A DNA stretch of 38,511 bases from assembly GCA_039679545.1 (NCBI GenBank), contig JBDKUT010000155.1, forward strand, positions 1 to 38,511, read 5' to 3'. The translations under genes and the position numbers were made by a program. The notes beneath the pieces were generated by a model that saw nothing but the letters and a program-made list of their open reading frames with translations, was not told the DNA's origin and did no database searches. Shown piece by piece: positions 1-8,178 of the stretch. Source of the stretch: Thermotogota bacterium. GTDB taxonomy: Bacteria; Bipolaricaulota; Bipolaricaulia; UBA7950; UBA9294. How positions within the stretch are numbered: position 1 is the stretch's first letter; each line of letters begins with the position of its first letter.

Positions 1-128
1 TGTCAGAGGAACGCAACGGATGGACAAGGGCTTCGCCTCGTTTGGACTCATGGCAAAGGGAGTCTAATGGCCGTGCTCCGGTTGTCCAAGCCGGGAGCCC
101 ATCAGATTGCGCGACCTAGGTACGGGCG

Positions 129-1109
129 TCAAGTTTCCGCTGGGCGGAGGATGCCCGAGAGGCTTCGACGGAGACCGATCGCGATTCGGTCCGCGGCTTC
201 GCCCTTTGACCGGCGATCCTGGCGTAGAGCGTCGAAACCGACGGAGGCCTCCTCCAACGCTCGAAGCGCGACGTACGCACGGAGCGCACCTTCGGGGGCC
301 GCGGGCCACGGGCGCACAGAGCGATAGCCGTCAAGAAGCGCTCCTTGAAGCTCGGGAGCGGTCTTGCGCTCGCCAAGCTCGGCCCAGAGAGAAGAGAGGT
401 CCTCGAGGTCGCATCCGGCGCGGCAGCGGTCGAACCCGAGAACGCCAGCGACTCCTTCCTTTAGGCGGAGCTTGCGCAGCCGGAGGTCGCCGTGGATCGG
501 GCAGGCGTCGGCGAGTTCTGAGGTGCTGTCGGCGATCAGCGCCGCGGCATCGGTGAGGAGTGTGGGATCGCCGGGAAGGCTGAGAACGGACCGCAGCGTG
601 TCACAGACGGCAAAGGCCCGTCCCGCAGCATCGTCGTGCGCTGGCGCAATCTCCTGAGGCCAGCGGAACCTCTCCGCGTGCTCGTGCAGGGACGCGGCCA
701 GGACGCCCATCGCAAAGACCTCATCTTGGGTTAGCTCCGCCTCGCGACGCTCGCCCTCGATCCAACGAACCACGGAGCAAGAGCGGGTTCCAGGAACGCC
801 CTCCATGGACACGCTCGAGAAGAGATCTCCGTGCAGGGTCAAGAGGGGTTCCGGTACGGAGAGCAACGTGTCGCGCCCCAGGGAGGCGAGCCATAGGAGC
901 TCGCGGCGAAGTGACGTCAGGTCCCGCCCGGCCTCGCCGATTCGCACCGCAAGGTTTCCGCCACCGAAGGAAGCGCGAAAAACGGTGTACGTACCCTGTC
1001 CCACGTAGGTGAGGTCGGGGGAGAGGCCGTAGGCGAGAAGCGCCTTCTTCGCGAGGGCCTTGTAGCGATCGACCCGCTCTTCTTCGGACAGGACCTCGAA
1101 ACGCCGCAT
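129..1109 (-). CDS. APH / type II homoserine kinase-like phosphotransferase-fold protein with degenerate catalytic motifs
   Basis: 326 aa. The N-lobe is typical (TVFRA..LAVRI, ELLWLASL, VPEP, WIEG, LASLHEH). The Brenner motif reads IHGDLRLRK and the Mg-binding DFD motif reads LGFDRC. Confidence 0.75.
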   Translation of the reverse strand: MRRFEVLSEEERVDRYKALAKKALLAYGLSPDLTYVGQGTYTVFRASFGGGNLAVRIGEAGRDLTSLRRELLWLASLGRDTLLSVPEPLLTLHGDLFSSVSMEGVPGTRSCSVVRWIEGERREAELTQDEVFAMGVLAASLHEHAERFRWPQEIAPAHDDAAGRAFAVCDTLRSVLSLPGDPTLLTDAAALIADSTSELADACPIHGDLRLRKLRLKEGVAGVLGFDRCRAGCDLEDLSSLWAELGERKTAPELQGALLDGYRSVRPWPAAPEGALRAYVALRALEEASVGFDALRQDRRSKGEAADRIAIGLRRSLSGILRPAET

Positions 1110-1242
1110 GGGGAGAGTTTCCCTTTCCGCGGCCGCGGGGGCAACCGCCCCGATCGATTGTCCTCGCCGCCCGGGAAGAGATAGAATCGACTCATTGATA
1201 AGACAATCTCGCCTGAGGAGGGAGAAACGTGGGACCGTGGTC

Positions 1243-1289
1243 TTGAGTTGAAACGGTCGGTTGGCAGGGCAAGCCGACCCTCAACTCGA
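1243..1289. other. Imperfect inverted repeat / hairpin just downstream of the STAND gene
   Basis: GAGTTGA-AAC-GGTCGGTT ... AGCCGACC-C-TCAACTC, with no clear U-tract. Confidence 0.45.
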
Positions 1290-1304
1290 CTTCAAGCGCG
1301 TAGA

Positions 1305-3485
1305 TCAAGGAGAGTCAGACATTCCGGCTCGGGCGAGGGCTCGTTCCAGCTGTGCCCCAATGCTGGTCGAGTTGTCTCGCAGGTACAACTCAGCAAAGGT
1401 AGAGATGATCACCTCTCGGTACTCCGCGCTGTCCTGCGGCGATAAGTCCAGCAAAGAGGGGAGCACGTCGCCGTACGACCACGCCGTGCGCACGAGCCAA
1501 GCCGAGAAGGCCAGGGCAGCCGCTCTCCGCAGTCCTGCGGTGGCACCGCGTTTCGCCCAGGTCTCGAGCGTGGAAGGCGTGACGTCCGCGTAGTCCGAAG
1601 CCAAGTACTCACCCGCTACCCACTGGAGCTCGGGCTCGCTTTGCAGGCGGGCATCCTTTTCGCACATCGCGTGGAAACTTTTTTCGTCGTACTTCGTTTG
1701 CAGCACGCAGTAGTAGGCGCGTGCTGCGGCGGACCGAATCTCCTTGGTGCGAGTGGGATTGGTGGCGAGCAAATACAGCTCATCAGGCTTCTTCTGTCTC
1801 GACCATTGGTTTGCCAGGGGAGGTACTGCCGCCCGTCGTAGCTCGGCACTTGCGCTTCGATCGCTGGCGATCTCCTCAAGCCACTTCGGGATCCAGCCCC
1901 ATTGCGACAGCGGACCAATGAGCGCGATCCCAGCAGCTCGACGTTCTGCGTCATTGCCCTTGATGGCCAAGCTTCGGAGTGTCACGAACTCCCGGTACCC
2001 CGTGGTCGTGCGAGAGGCGGACTGTTGCTGGCACTCGAGCCCCGCCGCGGTGGCGTAGCCGAGAGCGACGTTCGGCAAGGCATTGACGAACTCGGTATCG
2101 AAGACCTCGTACCACGTGTCCGGCGTGCTGGGCGACGCCAGGCGGGCGGACACGACATCCAATCGGCTTGCAGCCAATGCGATCTTAGCGTTGCCCAACT
2201 CAAGTTGCTGTGCGTGGCGGGTCACGAGGAGGACAACGCTTGTCACCGCCAAGGCAACGACGAGCCCTCCCCCCGCCAGAGCCAACCTCCATCTGCGGCG
2301 GCTTGCCCACCGCGCGTTCGACTGCCGAATGGGCTCGACGAGCGAGTCGTGCGGGATCTCAATCCAGCGGGCGCCAGCGCGCCTCTCGCTCCGAATGATC
2401 CGCTCCGCCTCAAGGGAAGCGATGGCCTCGTTGGGCACTCCCGCGGTGCGTCGTGCCTCCACGTGCATCGTCCCTCGAGTCCCTGTCGACGTGATCAGAT
2501 GCCGGCCGAACAGTCGGCGGAGCGCGGCCTCCCGCGTTCGCGTCTTCTTTCCTACGCGGCGGAGCGCGGCCTCGTAGTAGCGGGCAAGGACGACGCGGGG
2601 GTCCCCGACGGTCGCAACGTGGAAACGCGAGATCTCGGACACGCTGGGGGGAAGGGAGTCCCAGAGCTGCTGGCACACGACCTGGAGCTGAACGGGCTCG
2701 ACGAATTCGCCTTCAACGAAATCCACTCGCCCTTCGTCCTCGAAACGGATGAGGGACAGCTTCCGAATCAGCTCCTCAGCGGCTCCGGGAGCGAAGCTCC
2801 GCTCTGTTGCTGCGAGGGGCATCCTGACCGCCGCAAGAGCGGCGTCCCTTCGGAGTCGCTCGAGGCGGAATCGATTCCTCAGTCTGTCGTCGAACAGCGG
2901 TTCGTAGGGCACGAACGACGCGACGAAGTCCTCACGCACGACGAAGAGCACGCGGAGAAGCGGGTCGCGGCTGAGGGCTTCTTGAACCTGGACGAAGAAC
3001 CCCTCTCGATCCTTCCAGCGGGACGGGTAGTTGACGAAAAGCTCTTCAAACTGGTCGAAGAGAAGAAGGCGCGGCTCCGGGAGCCCATCGGCGTCGGTCA
3101 GGTGCGGTCTTACCGCGAGGAAATCGGCGACCGTTGTCTCGGAACGAGGCTCAAGTTCGCCGAGGAGGAGCCACTGCAGCAGGGCATTGCGGACGAAGAT
3201 GTTCTCTCGTTGGGGAGGAGAAAGGTCGGGAAGGGTTGCTCCGACTCGCGCCGGGGGGAACACCTCGAATCCCTCCCGACGAAGGTTTGGAACCAGTCCC
3301 GCTTGGAGAAGCGACGTCTTGCCGGCTCCGGATTCCGCGTAGAGGAGGACGACGCGATGGGCTGTGATGAGGGCGCGCAAGGCTGCAATCTCTCGCGTCC
3401 GTCCGAAGAAGAGGCTCTCTTCGCCCTCGTCGAACGCACGTGGGCCGACGTAGGGGTACGCCGCCTGCACGACCGCTTCATTCAT
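1305..3485 (-). CDS. nSTAND1-type NTPase with one transmembrane helix and a C-terminal HEAT-like helical repeat domain
   Basis: Motifs: PYVGPRAF..LFFGR, Walker A AESGAGKTS, Walker B LLFDQFEELF, VVREDF, EPVQLQVVCQQLW, EIPHDSL. A hydrophobic stretch LALAGGGLVVALAVTSVVLLV follows RRRWR, then repeated (E/G)(L/I)RxAA helices. The ATG at 3485 overlaps the upstream stop (ATGAATGA). Confidence 0.85.
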   Translation of the reverse strand: MNEAVVQAAYPYVGPRAFDEGEESLFFGRTREIAALRALITAHRVVLLYAESGAGKTSLLQAGLVPNLRREGFEVFPPARVGATLPDLSPPQRENIFVRNALLQWLLLGELEPRSETTVADFLAVRPHLTDADGLPEPRLLLFDQFEELFVNYPSRWKDREGFFVQVQEALSRDPLLRVLFVVREDFVASFVPYEPLFDDRLRNRFRLERLRRDAALAAVRMPLAATERSFAPGAAEELIRKLSLIRFEDEGRVDFVEGEFVEPVQLQVVCQQLWDSLPPSVSEISRFHVATVGDPRVVLARYYEAALRRVGKKTRTREAALRRLFGRHLITSTGTRGTMHVEARRTAGVPNEAIASLEAERIIRSERRAGARWIEIPHDSLVEPIRQSNARWASRRRWRLALAGGGLVVALAVTSVVLLVTRHAQQLELGNAKIALAASRLDVVSARLASPSTPDTWYEVFDTEFVNALPNVALGYATAAGLECQQQSASRTTTGYREFVTLRSLAIKGNDAERRAAGIALIGPLSQWGWIPKWLEEIASDRSASAELRRAAVPPLANQWSRQKKPDELYLLATNPTRTKEIRSAAARAYYCVLQTKYDEKSFHAMCEKDARLQSEPELQWVAGEYLASDYADVTPSTLETWAKRGATAGLRRAAALAFSAWLVRTAWSYGDVLPSLLDLSPQDSAEYREVIISTFAELYLRDNSTSIGAQLERALARAGMSDSP

Positions 3486-4359
3486 GGTGCGACCGGTTTC
3501 GCCAGCGTTCACTCAACTCCTTCACAAAGCTCCGCGCGTCTCCCCAATAGACGCGCATGTCCATCCGTTCAAAGTAGTCCGCCAGGTACCCTTCGGCGCG
3601 CGAGCGAACGTCAGCGGGTGCGTCCGAGGCGATCGGCGGCAGCTGAACGGTGACGCTCAGCCTTCGAAGGCTTGATTCCGTCGCTCCGATCAGTCCCTGG
3701 AACAGGACTCGGAAGCTCCAGTCCCCCAGGCTGTATCCGATGAAGAGGAGGGATCGCCCGCTGAGGGCCTCCTTCACGGCGGGGTGGAGGAGCTGCGGAT
3801 CCTGCGAGATCATCACAAGGTAGTTGAGGTAGTCATCCTCGGTAAGAACGAGCGACTCCGGGAGCCCGCGCCAACCGTGAAGGTGGAACACGACCGGCTC
3901 CTGCACGGTGGGCGGGGCGGAATCGAAGAGGCACTCCTCGTCGCGGAGTCGGGTGTTCCAGCGGCACACGGCGCGGCGCGGGGAGCGTCCGTGGTGCTCC
4001 AGCGCGGCGAACATCAGGTCGTCGTAGTTCGTCGTCAAGTAGAGCTTGAGGGGAAGGGACGCGAGAAAGGCGTGCGGCTCGAGAGGGTCGTCGAAATCGG
4101 GGAGCGCGGCATCGGTGAGGAATTGACGGACGAACTCCTCCTTTGGGAACATCGGGTCGTACTCGACGGCAAGGTACTGAGCGACACGGGCCAGGTCCGA
4201 ACTGCTGTCGAGGGGATAGCCGTAGTCGTGGCTCCACCGCGCGGCAATCTCGCCCCCAAGGGGCAGGACGCCGGCGCAAGCGCCGGCGCCGAGGAACGGC
4301 GTGCACTTCTTCTCCCCGATTCGGTCTATGAGGAGCCGCCAGTTCTCTTCCGTCAGCAT
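3478..4359 (-). CDS. Stand-alone SIR2-like (SIR2_2 family) protein, putative NADase
   Basis: Motifs: PFLGAGA, YLTTNYDDL, VFHLHG, LVLTEDDY, LLFIGYSLGDWSFR. AAGGAGG lies upstream of the ATG at 4359. Confidence 0.88.
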   Translation of the reverse strand: MLTEENWRLLIDRIGEKKCTPFLGAGACAGVLPLGGEIAARWSHDYGYPLDSSSDLARVAQYLAVEYDPMFPKEEFVRQFLTDAALPDFDDPLEPHAFLASLPLKLYLTTNYDDLMFAALEHHGRSPRRAVCRWNTRLRDEECLFDSAPPTVQEPVVFHLHGWRGLPESLVLTEDDYLNYLVMISQDPQLLHPAVKEALSGRSLLFIGYSLGDWSFRVLFQGLIGATESSLRRLSVTVQLPPIASDAPADVRSRAEGYLADYFERMDMRVYWGDARSFVKELSERWRNRSHHE

Positions 4360-4514
4360 GGTGGGTGCATGCCTCCTTCGACCGCACGGCCAGCCGGCTC
4401 CGTCGCCGACGGATATCATAGGTGAACAGAGCCTAAACGAGAGTAGAACCGATGAGCGCCGGCGATGTCAAGTCAAGCGAACGGTCAAGACCAACCTCGG
4501 CGCCCGCAGTGCGC

Positions 4515-4520
4515 TACGAT
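4515..4520 (+). promoter_or_regulatory. Putative -10 box for a leaderless cat transcript
   Basis: TACGAT lies 5 nt before the ATG at 4526, and there is no strong Shine-Dalgarno. Confidence 0.4.
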
Positions 4521-4525
4521 AAGGC

Positions 4526-5182
4526 ATGGATGAGCCTCGGCGGATCGATCTTGAGCGATGGCCTCGGCGCGAGGCGTTCGAGCTCTTTCGCGGGCTCGGG
4601 TTTCCGTACTTCAACCTGACGGCCGACGTCGACGTCGGCCCGCTGCGAGAGGCGGTTCGCGCTTGTGGGGCGTCGTTCACCGTGGCGCTCGTCTATGTGC
4701 TCGCTCGTGCGGCCAACGAGGTTCCCGAGTTCCGCCAGCGGACGTGCGGAGTGGGGGTCATCGAGCACGCCGCGGTGCATCCCTCCATTACTGTACTTGC
4801 CGACGACGGGACGTTCCGCTTCGTGACGCTCAAGTACGAGGAGGCGTTTGGTTGCTTTGCGGCGGACGCGAAGCTGCGCATCGAGCGTGCTCGTCGCGCC
4901 GAGTCGCTCTGGTCGGAGCCCGATCGGGACGATCTCCTGTTCATGACGGCGATCCCCTGGGTCGCGTTCACAGGGATGATCCACCCGGTTCCGCTCGACT
5001 CGCCGGACTCCGTGCCGCGGATCGCGTGGGGCAAGTACCGCGACGTCGGCGGACGGCTGGCAATGCCCCTCAACGTGCAGGCCCACCATGCGCTGGTCGA
5101 CGGGATCCACGTTGGATACTTCTTCGGCCGCGTGGAACAGCTGCTCGCGTCGCCGAACGGGGCACTCGGGGCAGCCGCCTAG
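4526..5182 (+). CDS. cat: CatA-family (chloramphenicol) O-acetyltransferase
   Basis: 218 aa. Motifs: IDLERWPRREAF, RAANEVPEFRQR, TAIPWVAFT, PRIAWGKY, and the catalytic QAHHALVDGIH. Confidence 0.88.
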   Translation: MDEPRRIDLERWPRREAFELFRGLGFPYFNLTADVDVGPLREAVRACGASFTVALVYVLARAANEVPEFRQRTCGVGVIEHAAVHPSITVLADDGTFRFVTLKYEEAFGCFAADAKLRIERARRAESLWSEPDRDDLLFMTAIPWVAFTGMIHPVPLDSPDSVPRIAWGKYRDVGGRLAMPLNVQAHHALVDGIHVGYFFGRVEQLLASPNGALGAAA

Positions 5183-6492
5183 GCGATCGCCACGGCCTCG
5201 AGGTCGTAGTCGTCAAACCCGACGATTCGAGCGCGCATGAACTGGCCCGCGGAGAGGCCCTTGCCGCGGAGTCTCGTGACAGAGTCGACGTCGGGGGCCT
5301 GCGTCGCCGTGCGCGCGATCCAGATGCTGCGTTTTGCTGTGGGCTCGTCGACAAGCACCTCGACCTCCGTGCCAACTCGTGCTTCGTTCGCTCGGCGCAC
5401 GATCTCCTGCTGCCGCTCCATCAGGCGTCGGAGACGGCTCTCGATAACCTCGGCGGGAACGCGGTTTGGCAGTGCGGCGGCCGGCGTGCCCTCCTCGGGG
5501 GAGTAGGCGAACGCTCCAAGGTGGTCGAAGCGCAGGTCGCGAACCAAGTCGAGCAGCTCGTTGAACTGGGCTTCCGTCTCGCCGGGGAAGCCGACGATGA
5601 ACGTCGTTCGCAGCGAAACGCCCGGCACCCGCTCGCGCCACCGCTCGATCAGATGCAGGCAGTCGGCCTGCGTGATGTGCCGGCTCATCGCATCGAGGAT
5701 CGGGTCGGATAAGTGCTGCAGCGGGAGATCGACGTACGGCACGAGGTTGGGGAGCGAGGTGTAGGCGTCGATGAGTTCGCTCGTGACGTGGGCCGGGTGA
5801 ACGTAGAGGAGGCGGATCCAGCGGAACTCCTGGATCCCTGACAGGTGGCGCAGAAGGTCGTGGATTCCGACGCGCGGCGAGAGGTCGACGCCGTAGAGGC
5901 TCGTGTCTTGTCCGATGACGTTGACTTCGCGGACCCCGAACGCTGCAAGGTCGGACGCCTCGCGAAGGATTTCGTCCATCGGCCGGCTCCGGAACGGGCC
6001 TCGAATCGACGGGATCGTGCAGTACGAGCATCGGTTGTCGCATCCGTCGGAAATCTGCAGGTACGCCGTGTGGTATGGCGTTAAGAGGAGTCTGCCCTCC
6101 TCTTCATCGCTGCTTCCGGCGAGCCCGACCGCGCGAGCGATGGCCGCGTGGTCGTCGATTCCAAAGAATCCGTCGACCTCGGGGGCGCGCGCACGCAGCT
6201 CATCTGGGGATCGCGCGACGAGGCATCCCATCACGAACAGTCGTCTCGTCGGGACCTCGACTCGCCACGCGGCGTACTCACGAATTGCGTTGATCGATTC
6301 CTCGCGAGCGGGCGCGATGAACCCGCACGTGTTGACGATGACGATGTCAGCCTCGTCGACCGGAGCGCCGACGATCGCGCCCGCGGCGGCAAGGCGCCCG
6401 AGGAGGCGTTCGGAATCGACCAAGTTCTTCGCGCAGCCGAGACTGGCGAGGTGGACGCGCGGCGCGCGGGACGGCTCGGACCTCTTCGCCAC
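5179..6492 (-). CDS. rimO: Ribosomal protein S12 methylthiotransferase (radical SAM)
   Basis: Motifs: SLGCAKNLVDSE, NTCGFI, GCDNRCSYCTIP (CxxxCxxC), LRTTFIVGFPGET, and a C-terminal TRAM region with APDVD. GTG start. Confidence 0.95.
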   Translation of the reverse strand: MAKRSEPSRAPRVHLASLGCAKNLVDSERLLGRLAAAGAIVGAPVDEADIVIVNTCGFIAPAREESINAIREYAAWRVEVPTRRLFVMGCLVARSPDELRARAPEVDGFFGIDDHAAIARAVGLAGSSDEEEGRLLLTPYHTAYLQISDGCDNRCSYCTIPSIRGPFRSRPMDEILREASDLAAFGVREVNVIGQDTSLYGVDLSPRVGIHDLLRHLSGIQEFRWIRLLYVHPAHVTSELIDAYTSLPNLVPYVDLPLQHLSDPILDAMSRHITQADCLHLIERWRERVPGVSLRTTFIVGFPGETEAQFNELLDLVRDLRFDHLGAFAYSPEEGTPAAALPNRVPAEVIESRLRRLMERQQEIVRRANEARVGTEVEVLVDEPTAKRSIWIARTATQAPDVDSVTRLRGKGLSAGQFMRARIVGFDDYDLEAVAIA

Positions 6493-6520
6493 GGACGGGT
6501 TCCTTTCGTACGGCGGAAAC

Positions 6521-6606
6521 TAGTGGACATGGCATCCTAACGGGCGCGGCGACGCGGGACAACCGACTCGCTTCCTGAAGACGTCCAGGATAGAATAGTC
6601 CACTAT
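6521..6606. promoter_or_regulatory. Divergent promoter region rimO/padR with a repeated GTCCACTA box
   Basis: The minus-strand -10 TAGGAT (6534-6539) and the plus-strand -10 TAGAAT (6591-6596) are each followed by GTCCACTA (6521-6528 rc; 6598-6605). Palindrome ATAGT-CC-ACTAT at 6595-6606. Confidence 0.45.
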
Positions 6607-7159
6607 GGAATCTAGAGTGTCACGTGGTTTTCCGGTGGAATACGCCGCTCTCGGTTTCCTGGTCGAGGCTCCTCGTCACGGCTATGACCTTCGCCGGGAT
6701 CTGGTGGAAGGGCTTGGAGAGCTGTGGCACGTGGCGCTCAGCCAGTTGTACAGCGTCCTTCACCGCCTCGTGGAACAAGGGTGGGCCGAGGTTGAGGTCG
6801 AGCCGCAGGAGGATCGTCCGTCCCGGCAGATGTACTCCGTGACGAGGGAGGGGTGCCGCGCGTTCTGGGAATGGACGTGCTCCCCGGTGACGCACCCGCG
6901 CGATCTGCGCGTGGTCTTTTTGGCCAAGGTTTACTTCCTTCGAAAGCTGCGTCCGGAGGCCGTCGGGAGTCTCATTGACGTCCAGAGATCCAAGCTATCC
7001 GAAGCTGTGGCATCCCTTGGGGAGCGTGGAGCAGTGAGGAGCAACGACACAGCGCTCGGAGCGGCGGCGTGCTCGTTCCGAGTTGCGCAGATGGAGAGCG
7101 CGCTGCGTTGGCTTGAGGAGAATCGGTCTCTGTTGGAGACCGTGAAGGAGGCAGCGTGA
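6605..7159 (+). CDS. PadR family transcriptional regulator (with C-terminal Vir_act_alpha-like helices)
   Basis: Motifs: ALGFL..PRHGYDL, SQLYSVLHRL, RPSRQMYSVTREG..FWEW, LAKVYF. Confidence 0.9.
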   Translation: MESRVSRGFPVEYAALGFLVEAPRHGYDLRRDLVEGLGELWHVALSQLYSVLHRLVEQGWAEVEVEPQEDRPSRQMYSVTREGCRAFWEWTCSPVTHPRDLRVVFLAKVYFLRKLRPEAVGSLIDVQRSKLSEAVASLGERGAVRSNDTALGAAACSFRVAQMESALRWLEENRSLLETVKEAA

Positions 7160-8178
7160 AACGTTGGTTGGCTGCGGTACTTGTCACAAGCATCGCGATC
7201 AGCACGATGGTCGCCGCGTTCGGGCAGGACGCGGTCCGGGTCATCGATCAGACGGGAGACGTCGTTCTCGTTCCTCAGCCGGTGGAGCGACTGATCTGCG
7301 TGTACGGCCCCGGGACGTACCTCATCTACGCGCTCGGAGCCGGAGACCTTCTCGTCGAGGCGTGGTACGTCGGGGTGAAGGGAATCTCCCAGGCGTGGGA
7401 CTCGATGTTCAAGATCGAGCCACGGCTCGCTGACATCCTCGGCTTCGGCGACCCGAACGTCGAAGACATGGTTGCCCGCGGTGCGCAACTCGTGTTCGCA
7501 GGCGGTTCTCAGCACGATGCGTTCGCCAAACAGCTCAACGACCTTGGGATCCCGGTGATCCAGTACGTGATGGAGACGCCTGACGCCCTGAAAGAGGCGA
7601 TGGTCACGACTGCGCAGGTGTTGGGTCCGGAGGCCAAGCAGCGTGCGGCGCTCTTTCTCTACGACTTCGTGCGCATCACCGAGACGGTCGAACACGACCT
7701 CGGCGGGATGGCCGCCTCCGACCGACCGCGAGTCCTGTTCGTTGGCACGGACCCGCTCAAGGTGGCGAGCGGCGACATGTACCAAACGTGGCTGATCGAT
7801 GCGGCGGGCGGTGTCTCCGTAAGCGCAGACTTGCGTGGCGCGTGGAACACCGTGAACCTGGAGCAGGTCCTGGTGTGGGACCCCGACGTCATCGTCATCC
7901 CTCCGTACGGCCCGGTGAAGCCCGCCGATCTTGCGGCGAATCCGGATTGGCAAGCGGTCCGCGCCGTTCGTGAGAACCGCATCTACCGCATGCCACGCGT
8001 GTTCGGCCCGATGGACACACCCGTTCCGGAGTCCCTGCTTGGCGTTCTCTGGCTGGCCAACGTCCTCCATCCAGGGACGATCTCTCTTGACATCGCGCGC
8101 GAGATGAACGCCTTCTACACCACGTACTACGACTACACGCTGACGGAAGCAGAGCTCCAACTTCTCGTCCATCCATGA
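7156..8178 (+). CDS. ABC transporter substrate-binding protein (class III, iron-siderophore/heme/cobalamin type)
   Basis: Signal peptide; motifs VIDQTG..VPQPVERL, NVEDM, VNLEQVLVWDPDVI, AVRENRIY. The GTG start overlaps the padR stop. Confidence 0.88.
   Translation: MKRWLAAVLVTSIAISTMVAAFGQDAVRVIDQTGDVVLVPQPVERLICVYGPGTYLIYALGAGDLLVEAWYVGVKGISQAWDSMFKIEPRLADILGFGDPNVEDMVARGAQLVFAGGSQHDAFAKQLNDLGIPVIQYVMETPDALKEAMVTTAQVLGPEAKQRAALFLYDFVRITETVEHDLGGMAASDRPRVLFVGTDPLKVASGDMYQTWLIDAAGGVSVSADLRGAWNTVNLEQVLVWDPDVIVIPPYGPVKPADLAANPDWQAVRAVRENRIYRMPRVFGPMDTPVPESLLGVLWLANVLHPGTISLDIAREMNAFYTTYYDYTLTEAELQLLVHP

Noticed and set aside
1..67. Possible 3' end of a plus-strand gene (..MDKGFASFGLMAKGV*)
   Set aside because: Too short to support
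1110..1304. Integron attC site after the STAND gene
   Set aside because: No RYYYAAC...GTTRRRY boundaries, no integrase, and the hairpin is not repeated elsewhere
1902..3653. Long antisense ORFs (583 aa here; also 11872-13518, 6931-8172, 35661-37130)
   Set aside because: They lie opposite well-supported genes, have no motifs, and are expected from GC-rich codon bias
6540..7155. Cobalamin riboswitch upstream of the BtuFCD-like importer
   Set aside because: There is no room (the importer is directly coupled to padR) and I saw no B12-box
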